Of a stretch of DNA of 64,000 nucleotides, positions 24,259-37,800 are shown piece after piece. Below the pieces are notes generated by a model, which saw only the letters and a list, made by a program, of their open reading frames with translations, was not told the DNA's origin and ran no database searches. Source of the DNA: Ostrea edulis (Eukaryota); the NCBI RefSeq assembly GCF_947568905.1, contig NC_079164.1, positions 71,548,001 through 71,612,000 on the forward strand, read 5' to 3'. The position numbers and the translations under genes were made by a program. The first letter of the stretch is position 1. Every line of letters begins with the position of its first letter.

Positions 24259-26159
24259 AGTTAAAATAAGGAAATGCAGTTAAATTTTAATGTCGCCTAC
24301 ACAAAGTACATGCAAAGATATTGATTTCTTGTGCATGGGAACCTAAATTTTAGGGACAAATATAGGCACATGAATAACAATTGAATTTTTATTAAAATCC
24401 AAACTTTGAAAAAGTAAATTTTTGCACACAGATCACCGAGTGCTACTAATGTTATTGGATGGCAATGAACATAATTTAGGTTATGAAAAATGCACTATAA
24501 ATTCTGTGAATTATATGCAGTGCACTGAGTGTAAGGGATGACCTCGATAGGAAAAAAATATACAGAAAGCGGTAACTGATTTGCCTTTAACCTTGAAATT
24601 AATATTAAAAAAAAATCAATTCATATTCCCTTTGTTGAACTGATGTGATCTATGCTGGTTAAGCTCATGAATTTTCACATTTGATATGAGTATGAAATGT
24701 CACTGAATTATTTAATGCTGCTAAGTAATTATTATTGTATTTTACATGCATTTTGTTTTTTTGATCTTTATTCCATTTGTCATTGTAGGGATAATGTAAA
24801 ATGATTTCCTTTACATATTCATCAGTTATCATAGAATATTGAATTAATGGTATGTGGTGCTCATATAAATAGTCTGTCTCCATGTTTTATTCTGCAAATT
24901 TACATTCTAAGCTGTAATATGATTCTAGTACAAATACTTGGTACATGCACACTAATTTAAGGTGCTTCATACATTATCTTATATTTCACAACCATGGGTG
25001 CTTATTCAGTTGGTTTTATATTATTTAAACCAATGAAAACTACATGTAATTTGTCATGTAGAAATCGTCAGTGAAATGTGTTCTTTAGCTGTCAAAAGCT
25101 AGACTAATAGATTATTTTAATGAGTGAAGATCAACATACCTAGTTACTGTCACAGATTTATGTGACGAGAAATTGGCAACTTTCATTACAGATGCATGAC
25201 AATTAAAAACAGATGCATAACTCTTTTACTGTTTGTTTTTAACATTCATTGTCAATGAATATTCAGTGACAATTGTTAATGCATTCCTGACACATAAATG
25301 AAGCCGAGTTTTGGTAGGTTTTTCTTCTTGAAAACATTTCCATCAAAATTTCAAGACAATTGTTGAGAATATTGGTCCGACAAACAAGTGTGTCTCAAAA
25401 AAAAATTTAAATTGTGGACTTGATGTTAAATTATTTCTGAAAAATTGTCAGGGGCTGATGCTCAACAGTAGTAAATTCCTCAGGACGATAGGAGAAGGGG
25501 GGCTGGTTTTAATCAGACTATAAATTCCTCAGCTGAGCAAAACTTTCTTTTAATTTTCATAATGCTCAGTGCTAACCAATATCAAATCACATATTACGCA
25601 CAACTACATTGTACCCTATTGAGAATAATTTTATGTTCATTTAAATGTTAAAAATTCCAGTTGAGGATGATTTTATGCTAATTCAAATCTTAATCAGTCT
25701 TATCCACTATTCCCCATTTGTGGGTTATTCGAGTCACTCAGGTGGTCAATGGCTATCCACTTCCTATTAATTAAAACTTCTTTCAATATTTTTATTTAAT
25801 ATATTGAGAGTAAAGCATCTATGGGGAAAGGGGAACAAAAATTGCAAATTTCATAGGCACAGAAGGGCAGGGTCATAAATGATGCAATCTTTTAAAAAAT
25901 ATTTTTTTACTTTGCGACATAGCAGACTTATAGTGTGTTTAGTCGTGATGAGTAAAAAGGATTTTGCCAAAATTGTGAACTCCATGGCTCAAGCTGAATT
26001 AGGTTTGGAGTAAAGCAGGAATTTATGACTCAAATAGTGAAAATGGATTATTTCTTTGAAAGTCCTCGGACTACTTGACATCGGACATTAGAGGATAGGG
26101 TGATATGTTGTGACCCTGAATATAATTTTGCTCTGGAGAAACATATTTGAAGAATTAAA

Positions 26160-26292
26160 NNNNNNNNNNNNNNNNNNNNNNNNNNNNNNNNNNNNNNNNN
26201 NNNNNNNNNNNNNNNNNNNNNNNNNNNNNNNNNNNNNNNNNNNNNNNNNNNNNNNNNNNNNNNNNNNNNNNNNNNNNNNNNNNNNNNNNNNN
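26160..26292. other. Assembly gap (133 N)
   Basis: Run of N bases. Confidence 1.
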
Positions 26293-27786
26293 ACATCCCA
26301 TCCATCTCTATAGGTTTCAAAGATACATTCATTACACTACTATCTAAATGCGGCATGACTGATTTGTTTCAGAAGACTCGGGTGAATTGTTTTGGATCAA
26401 GGCCTACTCAAACATCGATGAATTGAAAAATTACTGGAATTTTTATATGATGATGACAGATACTGCGTTACACATGGTCAAGTGATGAGGATGGGGAAAA
26501 TTGTGCTGTCATCTTTTCTTATAAATACATTGTACGTGTATTGTCAAAACTTTTGTGCGAAGTTCAAAAATTGCTATGCATGACAGTTGGTGATGTACTA
26601 CTAATATTAAAGAATTAGTTACTAATGACTGGGAATTTTTTTTTATACAGTGATATAGCACATATACAGTAACATGTAGAATTTTCCTTGATTACTACAA
26701 TGTTGTATAAATTTTTGAATGACAAATATTGCTATTAAAAATATGTTAAAATCCCACATTTAGAAAATGAATTGTAATTATGAAAGTTAATTTTGAAAAT
26801 GTTGAAGGAAATGTCTTTGTCTTTGCAAATGAGCCAGCTGATTTATGCAAAAAATGCTGATTACACTTAAAATTGCACCTCTGCCAGAGTGATATTCATT
26901 GCAGGCACAAAAATTTCAATCATGTATTTTTGCTATTTTTGAATTAGGCACAAAATATTATACAATGGACTATGTAAATTAACAACACCACACAGACACA
27001 ACTATGAAATTCTTCAGCAAAAATGTCGGCAGTTGGCGAGACAAGTTCAAAAAGCATTTCTGCTGAATCTAGATAAAGAAATCATTAATTTTCATAAAGT
27101 TTTGAAAGATGAATGTTTAGTATATTTATCACAATTGTTATTCTTTGCTCAGTAAAAGCGTGACCAAAGTAAAACTGCTCTTTCCCCTCATTACCACAAC
27201 CAAATGCATGCATCTGATATTTTTGTTAATTGGGCATGAAGCAAAACCAAGGGCATTAAACAGTGAACAAAATTTATGTATTTGTCACAACTTTTTACAG
27301 AAATAAATATGCATATTGTGTTTGATTTGTAGCTGCAGACTTGTAGCTCTCGGTGTGGGGGTAGATATACCAGAGAGCTATGGTTCTACAGCTACTTAAT
27401 GTTGTAGCAATTCTTAAAGTTACGTCGATAAATAAACATATTTTGCCTCATATTTACTGCTGGTGTGAAATGTTACTATAATTTCTCATTTTCTTATTTT
27501 TGAAAAAGAAAGATTGAATTGGATTTTTTTTTAAATGTTTATACATGTATATAATATATGCAGGTCATAAGGTAGACATTTTACTTGAGGAGAGTTAGAT
27601 AACATGTAATCTATAATAATAAAGTTGCTGTGCAAAATACTGTGTTATTTTAGTCATTATTTTTATAGGATTGAGACTCATTGAAATTATTTATTCACTT
27701 TAATTTCTCTGTAAAGGCACTGTGACCTTCAAGTGACCTAAGAACTTGACATAAAAGCCTACACTTATATGTGTGTGTGTGTATAA

Positions 27787-27824
<38 letters not shown>

Positions 27825-27837
27825 ATTATAATGTTAT

Positions 27838-28510
27838 AGATGCCAAAGTGTGATGGTCCCTCTCCTATAGGTACGGTATGCCAAAGTGCGATGGTCTGGC
27901 TCACCAAAGTGCGATGGTCCATCATTTGTAGGTGCACCACACCAAAGTGCGATGATCCGACACGCAAAAGTCTGATGGTGCTGGGGTTCAGTAATGTTTG
28001 TGACATTACATTATTATGGCATCATTCGTAATGTCTTTCAAAATCAAACCAAAGAAATGCAACGTCACTTCGCTCCAACAAAGGTTCTCTTTGCTGGCAC
28101 CAACATCTTTAGGAATATTGGAGGAAGGCACGGGATATTAAAATTGGCATGGATGTGTCAACAGCAAAGTACAATTCTTGTTGGAATTTCTACTTCGCCC
28201 AAACATGGTGTAATTCATGATCATTTATTACTTGGGACATACACTCAATAAGTTCCTGGTGGGTATGCCATTCTATACGATTTCACGTGGAAAATTTTGT
28301 GCTTAATAACATGCCAACTAAATGATAATGAAATAAGTTATTATTTTGCATTGATATTTGGTGAAACAACACGTGGTTGGTACAGTCTGTACCAAAACAC
28401 TGTACATTCAGTTTTGTAAACCACCATTGCACTTTGGCACATTAATATATACCATCGCACTTAGGCACATCACACCCTCGGGGTTTGGCACAGACCATCG
28501 CATTCAATCG
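27838..28510. mobile_element. Non-autonomous DNA element with inverted clusters of CCAAAGTGCGATGGT subterminal repeats
   Basis: About five CCAAAGTGCGATGGT-like motifs at 27843-27980 face ACCAT(C/T)GCACTT motifs at 28404-28505. A (TG)n/(TA)n microsatellite lies just left. Confidence 0.65.
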
Positions 28511-28654
28511 TACTACTTGGCTATTTCCGTAACCGGAAATAAACCTTGTATGTGGATCAACATCATTAGAGTTGGTAAAGTATACTTGACTAATTTCTTT
28601 AAATTCTTCAGGAGTACATGTATGTAAATATCATACTCCTGAAGAATTTGTAGT

Positions 28655-29000
28655 GTAGGAGAGAAGGAAATCTACGGCTGGACCAGAAATTGAACCCGGG
28701 ACCCCTGCATTATAGTTTGTTGCTCCAACCATTGAGCTACCCCAGCCAATACCCACGGTCTGAATAGCGTTCTACATTCCTCCCCCCTTTAATATGTCAT
28801 TGACCTGGAAGACGCACACAACCCAGAGTCCCCTGGCAGGGCAACTTGCAGTGCAGGGGTCGTCAACAACACCGACTGTAGAATAGGAGAGAAATTCTAT
28901 GGCTGGACAGGGAATCAAACCCAGGACCCCTGCATTGCTGGTCAGGTGCTCTAAACACCCAAGTTATCCACGGTCCATATAGCCCCAACTACTACAAATT
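28655..29000 (-). mobile_element. Two tandem tRNA-derived SINE-like heads
   Basis: The minus strand reads GGCTGGGGTAGCTCAATGGTTGG...CCGGGTTCAATTTCTGGTCCAGCC (A and B boxes). A second, more decayed unit lies at ~28880-28990. No canonical cloverleaf. Confidence 0.6.
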
Positions 29001-31895
29001 AAAGAAACTAAGATTTTTTCTCAAACTTATTACAACAAAGCCAAATAAATAAATAAATATATCAGTCTAGGCATTCATTTTATTGTTTGTATCGTGTCGT
29101 TAATTGAAAATGTTAAAAGGAGTAAAAGAAATATAATTCCATATATCTGTTGTGTACTGTCGCCCCTTTTGCAAAATGCATTGCCAGTGTTGCTATTCTT
29201 GGTATTTATGCATATCAAATTAGAAAATATAATTGGATATTACATTGTTTATTGTTCCATGTAAGTTAAACAGCCATATTTATAGTCCAACTGTCAAATA
29301 ACTAGGAAATATATTATACGTAAATGATGTACCTTCTCTCAAAGAATGCATATACAACCAAATGGCTTAAATCTGATGCTACTTCACTTATGAAAGTTGG
29401 AGAACATTTGCCAAAAGATCTCAAGAAATGGAGGTTTTGTAGATTGTTCCTTTCTTGAACGAAATGCCCATTTTTTCTTCTTTGAACATCAATGGGGGGC
29501 ATAGTTATAATAATTTGTTACATGCTTTGTTTTATATTACCACCATTTTACAGAAATCATTTGTGCCATATTACATATACTTCAAAACTGATGGTGAATT
29601 CACGTGTATCATATAAATAATTCAAATTTCTGTTGACAAATTTAATCCTCTATTTACGGCACAGTTCTGAACCCATAAAAAGATTCAAATTATCCAGGAG
29701 ATTTTAAATCTGCAAAGCATATGACATTGTGTAACCAAGAACCTAGAATATATAAAATTAGGTCCCGGTCGTAACCTAGTGATAGCAGTTACATAATTAT
29801 GTCCTTTTTAAAAAAGATTAATTATCAAACTAGAACTGATATATTGCATGTTGATTAGTAATAAAATGTTGTTGATTATTTTATTATCATTTGATAAATC
29901 ACAGCTGATTAATGAAATGGAATGATTTAGCTATTACTTGTTTTAAGAAGATTTTGTGTATTTCCAATGTGTTATGGAACTCCATTCATCAAGAACGGTG
30001 CAGAATAAATTTTGCTGCTCATTTGAATGACAGTTGCTATACATATATAGTATCTTTGGAATATTGGTTGCCAAGAGGGTAATGATCCTGTCCTTTCATT
30101 TTCATGTTACTCACTACTGCAGCTTTATAGATAACAATGGTTGTGATTTCTTGATTACTCCTCCAGTCCAAGAGTGATAAAACTCTCAGTTGTTGTTTAC
30201 TATCCTCCAATAATAATAATAAATAAAAAAAAACAATACTGACAGAATTTTATTGCCATGTTTACTTGTTCTTTGGTCCAAAAAAAAAAAAAAGCACTAT
30301 AATTATTCAATTCCAAAACGGGAGATCTTTACGAGTGTACCTTAATATAATTGATACAAAATGCACTCAAAATATCAACGTTAAATATATGTACAAAATC
30401 CTCTCCTGAATTCCTTGGCAGAAAGGGTCCATCAATATAACATTATGATAACAGCTTTTGGTGGGAGGGGGTGGGTGGGTGTAAATAAATATTTAGAAAT
30501 TTTGTTCAGTTGACATATATTCCACAGTACAATAGTCAAACTCACTGAATGATGAATTATGTTGATAATGATAAATAATTCCACTGTGTATCAAAGTCAC
30601 CTGAATATGTAACATCTATAGACATGTACATACCGAACAAATACAGTGAATTACTACTTAAAAAGTTTAACAGATGTGTTCATACAGTAGTACTTACTTA
30701 CTTAATCAGAACACTCTGTGGCCCTTTTCCAAAAAATGTTTATATCAAAGATAAAAACGTAGAAGCACTAGGATTTATTTCTCATTTCTTGCAGATTTTC
30801 TGAATAAGTATTTATAAAGTGTATCCATCACTGTAGAAACTTCCATACTTTTGACCTCGTGATGAGAAAGGCAGAAATAAATTTGTTTTATCTTAGCTGT
30901 AAGATTGTTGTGAAAAGGGCCACTGATGCCTTCCATAGAGTCGTAAGTACAATACTAATAGTAATTACTGTCAATTAGTGCATGACCTTCAGTGTTGCTA
31001 GTTCTAGATGCATTAAAATAAGTACACACACAATATAATACTCAACATTATATATATCATTGAAACAAACAAGATTTAATATAACTAACTGATTTAAAGA
31101 TAAAAAACAAAAAAGAATATTCATACCAATAAAACTTGACTTCAAGAGTTCTATAACATTGTTTCCCCTTACATTTTATACTATTGCAAGTGCAGCCATT
31201 CCACCCAATGTGCAGAAGACTTCTAGCATGTAAGACTAGATGGCACATGTCTAATATAATTTCAGGCTCTAAAGAGGCGCATGCCATGTGGTATTCTATG
31301 CCTCATTACAACCAGATTTACCAAACATTTTCTTCTTTGAAAAATGGTATCAACCAAATTCTAATAAGTGACATTCCAAAAATGTACATTGAAAATTAAA
31401 AACGGGGAGAAGTAGATATTTTTGGACATCAACAATCTATTAAAATCTTATACACAAGGAGAACAGAGAAAATGTTTAGTACAAGTGAAAGTATTCGTAC
31501 GCGTAAACCCTAGTGGGCTACATATTAGAAGGGCACCTGTTTAACTACATGTACACTGGACCAGAGAAACAATACTGAATATTCATACTAAATACTGACG
31601 GAACACATTCACAAACATGATAAATTAACAGAAATCATACACAGAATTTATTCGGACAAATTCTGAAAATTCTTAGGTTTCATGTGACAAAATATGTCTA
31701 CAGCAATCAATAAAATTCATCATTAAAAATGAAGACAGATATGTATAATCACTTCTTAAATAACAAGTAAACAGATAAAAAATGACAGGTCATTCTTGGG
31801 GTACCATTACAATACAAAATGTTCATGTATAAATCAGCAGATGAACACTTATATACCAATCTTACAGTAAAACTTATAATCCTTAACACTAGGAG

Positions 31896-34768
31896 TTAAC
31901 CAGCAATGTTCAGTTCATTGATGCCCCTCTCTTCTTCATCTTCCTCCTCTTCATCATCAAATTCATCATCTAATTCTTCTTCATCTGCCAGAAAATTTTC
32001 CGCGTTTTCTACAACCTTGTCCACTTCGTCCTGTAACTGATTTTCTGTATCTTCATCTTGTGGTGGACACTGCAGACATTTGGGACTGAAAAGAAATGAA
32101 GTTAGGATTACAGATACATACAATGTCATCAGAAGAAGAAGTTTGTAATCATTCATGTAAGAAAAGGACCGTAAAGCTGACATGGGGCTTGATTCAGTGC
32201 ACAATCTTGTGAGTTTTAACAACAAATCTCATCTTTGAATGAACATCAATTTCTGAGCAATTGCGTGTTTTTCTCATTTTATATGTCTCTAGTCTATATA
32301 AACCCTTTAGTAGCCTAATATACTGGTCGTGAAAAGTTTAAATAACCTTGAATTAGCAGTACGTAAATTACTGGATTTCCTAAAATCTTTTCTGGTTCAG
32401 TTCTCATTGATAAGATTTTTTAATCACCTCATCCCACTTCTACTATTCCTGGATTATCTTCCCTTTAGAAGGAGGCAAATGCCTTTACTCAAGAACTCAA
32501 GTACCTTGTCACAAGTTTGGATGAAATATTGTACCCAAGGTTCTTGAAAAGATTTCAAAACTGTGTAAAGATGATGGGCAAAACAGAAAGACAAGCAAAG
32601 GTCTTAAAAATAGTTGTCAGCTCAGGTGAGCTAAAATAACTAAATAACTAACATAGCATTTAGCCAATGGCTGTAAGCGATTTCATAGCAATAAAGGCAA
32701 CTTTCTTTCCATGATGTATATAGTCCCTTGATGGATGATTCAATTCATCCATCAAAAGACCTACAATGTGCTATATTTCTCAATAAGCTATCAGGCTTCC
32801 GCGTGCATTGAATGCAAAACTTCTCCCCCCAAATCACCTGTTTAATCCGTAGCTAATGCAGTTATCTCCTATACATTGACAGCAGCCGTGATCGTGAAAC
32901 CATCGATATCGGGCTGCTCCCATGGACTTGCAGGATTCCTTACACTTCCGTAAAGAGTAACACTGCGACATGAAAGCCACGGTACAATTCAGCTCTGATC
33001 CAAGGTTTTCCATCGTAGCTTCCTGTCTTTTATCTGAAAAACAGTTTCACATGTTTTATTTTTAAAAATTTTAACATCTGATGCTATTACATTTTTGTAG
33101 GAAGTGCACTAGCCATGCACCATGGATGAAGGTCTCCATCATCATATCATAAAAACTCAAAACAAAGAGCTACTTTTATAGATGACAAGGACCTAATTTA
33201 ATTGACCTCTAAAAGAGTGAGCATTTTGAAATATCTTTACTTTTTTCAAAATCTAATTCGTCTGTGACAAAACTGTGAAAAAGATTCAAGCTTGTAATTG
33301 TAATCTGATGTCAGAAATGAAGAATTTTACTGCTTGCTATTGTTTATTCCTATATATGTGAGTCATTTTGGTATTTATTACCATTAAGTGATATTACCAA
33401 TTCGAATAGGTGATATCATCTAATTCAAATACATAACAGCTTTTTGAATAGGAGACATCACCAATACGCAACTTCCGAGATATCAGCTCTTCTGTGATGG
33501 AGGTACGTTCGGTGTTCTACTGAACGCTTCGGTAGGTACAAAATGTATATACATGTATTAAAGACTAGCTATAATGTAAATACGAATAAAAGTAATGAAA
33601 GTGTAAATTTGATTTATATTAGCCGTTGGTGTTCATTAAACTGACCTTATCAAGAATAGTATTTGTTTGAATTAGGCCATTAGATTAGATATGAAATTAT
33701 TTTTTATTTCCTCTTCTGCATGAGTGATATTTTAATCAAAGAAAGATGGTGATAATCGATTTTTGTTTGAGCGATTTTATTATTAAATGCTAATGAATTT
33801 ATAAATATTGTGTGTCCCTGCAGTTGGGGTGGTTGCATGGTGTCTGATAATCGGCCTTAAAGCAATAAATGAAGGCAGTGATAAACATTTGTACCCACCA
33901 CGTGTGGACGATAGTATGTTTTGCATCTCATGGTGCGTAAGAGTTCCACAAAGGGAAAGAACTAACGGACAACTCAGAAATTGCGTATTAAAATTGTGTA
34001 TGTGATATCACCAATTCAAATAGGTGTTATCACACACAGCTATTTGAAATGGTGATAGTAACACCTAGGCATTGAAAATAACAACTGCTGACTCTATGTT
34101 GTACCAAGAGTTGTCACCCATTAATCTTCATGAAGTCGTTTCTATTACTGTTACCAACTTTATGGGTAGTTCATGATCACATTCTTTCATGATTCACCAG
34201 TGATGAAGCAGCAACTAAGTTTTGTGATTGAGACATTGAAGGACTTCAATGTAGTTAAAGCAGTGAGAAATATTTGGAATAACAAGGTTCTTGAGAACTT
34301 GCATGTGAATGTTGGTTTACAGTATACAGTTATATTTGCAACAGTCAGAGAAGACACATATCTGTATGTTAGAGACTTAAGTTTTTAATTTTTATTGATA
34401 ATTAGCTTTCATTTGAAAATTTATTTTTTTTAAATTGAATACACCTTTCATCGAAGATGTTGCAGTTTCAAAAACAATTGAGTCATTTTCGAGGGCAATT
34501 TAGACCTTTAATATACTGGTCCTTTCCTGATACATTGATTCATACAATGATGTAATTGCTAGATTACATGGTGTGCAAATGATCCATCAATGTCCTGACA
34601 ATTCACACAGTACACTACAGAATTTCCTGAAACAGAAGACAGCGCACACCTGTGAAATAATGTATTGCATTACATTAACATGGTCTGCAAAGTTTAATGA
34701 TCTCAATGAAACAAAACAAGACAGTTTGACAGTTGCTACAAATTTCTTGAATAACTAAACTTTTAAGA

Positions 34769-34816
<48 letters not shown>

Positions 34817-37800
34817 ATTAACTACCCCACCCCCTTCTCATTTTGCAATATACATTTAATTCACCCCTGTGATTTAATTGTGTGTATCTCAATAGTAGAT
34901 CATTTGCTTAAATAGTTAGTATTACTTGGTGGATTAAAAACCTTACACATGCATTGCCAACAACAATCCCCGAAAAAACCTTGAAAACCAATTGCAAATA
35001 TTTTCATCGTTACATCACTCAAACACCTGCGTCAAATATGCCACATTGAGAATTATCATATTAAAAAAAAAAACAAATTACCGTAGTTTCTTTTATTTCC
35101 TTGATTTAATAATCACTGGAGATGTTTTAGCATTAACCTTTCTTATTTCTGTATTGTTTTGACAATTTGATTTGATGCATTTCAAAGTTGTCCCAATATA
35201 CACACTATTCTAAATAGACTACAATGTATTTGAAGTGACAGATCGTGATAAATAGCATTACCTTCCAAGTTTAGCCACAAAAACAATTATAAGGTCTTAA
35301 ATTTAGAGTGACAATTTGTCTTTCTGATGGGTGCCTCCCAAACACCGAAAACATGTTACTGTCAGAGGCTATGTTGTGGAAAATCTGGAGTGCAATAAGT
35401 TTTCTCTCTGAAAGCATTTTCTGTCTTCCAGACCCAGAATCTTTGTCAGGAGATATATTCATTGCATAATAACTGCCTCCTGTACGTGCCATAGTGACAC
35501 CTTTTTGAATTATGTTCATTAGACCTATAATGGCTTTCACTATGTGTAAGTAATTCGTTACAAATAATGCTTTCCCCCTTAATTGTAAGTTGTCTCCTTA
35601 TGTTAAATAGCTTGCTTCAAGTATGATCTAGTAGTATATATCTTATTAGATTGTAAATCCCTCTGATCCTCACAATGGAAACTGTAATTTACATTTAAGC
35701 AAGCTTATTTTCCATTCATACTTTTAATAAAGTTGAAAATCTAAGTTTTGTTTCCGATGGTATCAAATATGTATTGATCTGAAGGGACTTGAACCCCTAA
35801 CTTCATATTCTATGGAAATTTGAGCTTTACTGCGGCACCACACAATTTCATGATATCAATGTGCAACAAGTGCATATGATATAAAATCCAGAAAAAGGTT
35901 TTGAGAACATGAAAGCCAGAAATCTTTATTATACAAACAAGTAGGCTTTCTTGTCCATCATTGCCAAGGGATGTGCACTGGTTAACTGGAACACATCAAA
36001 CAGTTACAGTAAATTACAGACAATTGTTTCAAAATAGCATGCACAAAATTGAACCTTTTAATATTTATCACAGAGTCCAGAAGACAACGGGAAGTCTTCC
36101 CTTCACTGGACCTATCAGGTAATGGTCAGCATCATGAAAATAATTTCTAATCACAATAAAGTTTAACACAAAACTATTTTCTTTTTAGTAAACTTTTCCA
36201 TGATGAATAAGAAATTTCTGTGAAACAGTCTGTCTTTCAAAAGGACTACTTAGTCAATGGGCATACATGTATATTACACCTCGATTTGGAACATACATTG
36301 TACAGCTCAAATGTCATGACCTTAAGTTCAAGTTATGGACAGGTGAGCAAACAAACCTGCCAAAAACAATACCCCTAATCTTTAATCTCATTAAAGCATT
36401 ATGCAAACAAGTGGTATATCTAAAGAACAAATGAACAAACTAATCAAATTCAAAATTCCAGAAATATGAGGTCAATAGATGGTAAGGGTAAAAAATGTGG
36501 CATAGCTGTCATATTCTACGCAAAATTTATGTATCTGCGGGCCAAGTTTGGTGAGGGTCCTCCATAGGTTGGACATAAATGAGCCAAATGCAAAATCCAA
36601 ACCTGTGAGGTCATGATCTTGTGAGGCCTTCAACCCTGCTTCAGAAAGTCCTATAACTTTACTTCAATGTCCTAACACAGGACTAACACTGATAGCTTGG
36701 ATTGGGGGGGGGGGCAAATAAAAATACAGCATATCTAATTATAAATGCTGCATTCATACATACCTCTACAATCCCTGCAGTGTTCTTAAAAAATTCTGGA
36801 GTTCAGGTGAACAATTTTTCAGAAGGACGGCCAAAAATCTTTATAATCATTGGTCCTTGAATCTGTCAAGTTTTTAAAATTATTCTCTGATTTCTTCCGG
36901 GAATTCTGATTTTGTCGTAATATATTCTGTTTTACTTTCTCAAAAACTACTTCTGATTTGCAAATGCATCATTAGTTTTCTAGTCTCGATCATTCTGACA
37001 TTTCTGTATAACTCCCAACGTCTGGACACTTTCCTGAACTCACAAGTCTCAGAGGCTTATTGAAATTCTGATAATGCATGCATGGTGTTGGTGGGCTAGT
37101 GCAAAATGGTAATACCTAGCCATAGAAGCTACTTTGAGAGTTAAGGCATAACTTTTACATTGAAAGAAAATCAGATTCAGCATTTGGAACATTTTGCTTT
37201 CGGAAAATTTGTTTGAACTCTTCCTTGCTTATAACTATTCTGTAAGTTCAACATAACACCTGGGATGATCCTGGTTTAAAATACTTAAATATTTTAAATT
37301 GATCCTAATAAAGTACATCTTCCATTTTGTTTTATTAATTCACAATTTTTATCAGGCAAACATCTTTTCTTTCAATAACATCCTTATTTTTTGTTTTGTT
37401 TTACAAGATGACAGCACCATCCAACATGCAAAATTAATTTCTATAGAAAGCATCCAGACATTTGTTGGGAGTATTTAACACACATGTAAATGTCAATCGT
37501 TTCAACAGAAAAAGAGAAATTAGAGCCAGTCTTAGCTGGTTGTTTAAAAACAGTATGTATAATAACAATTATGAATAAAGATGTTAACATATATAATTAA
37601 GCAAATTTATAGTTTAATATAACTAATAAATTGTGTAGGGTTTTTGTGGGTCCTGCTAGAAATGTATGGGTCCTGTTTTTCTGGTAAGACCTACTGTCCT
37701 ACTTGTTGGTTAAAGTTTTCAAGAACTGTCCCTGCATCACAGACTGCCATTCTAACTTACCTTGATCTAGGCAAAAGGACCTAATGGATCAGGATAAAAG

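Noticed and set aside
26048-26356. ORFs spanning the N run
   Set aside because: They are artefacts of the assembly gap.
36764-37239. Exon-like segment in Tsg intron 2 (AG...GTATGT bounded, IVISKEEFKQIF... reading)
   Set aside because: It has several stops in every frame and no recognisable homology. It could be a decayed exon, but this cannot be supported without a search. The same applies to 35271-35540 and 38910-39300.
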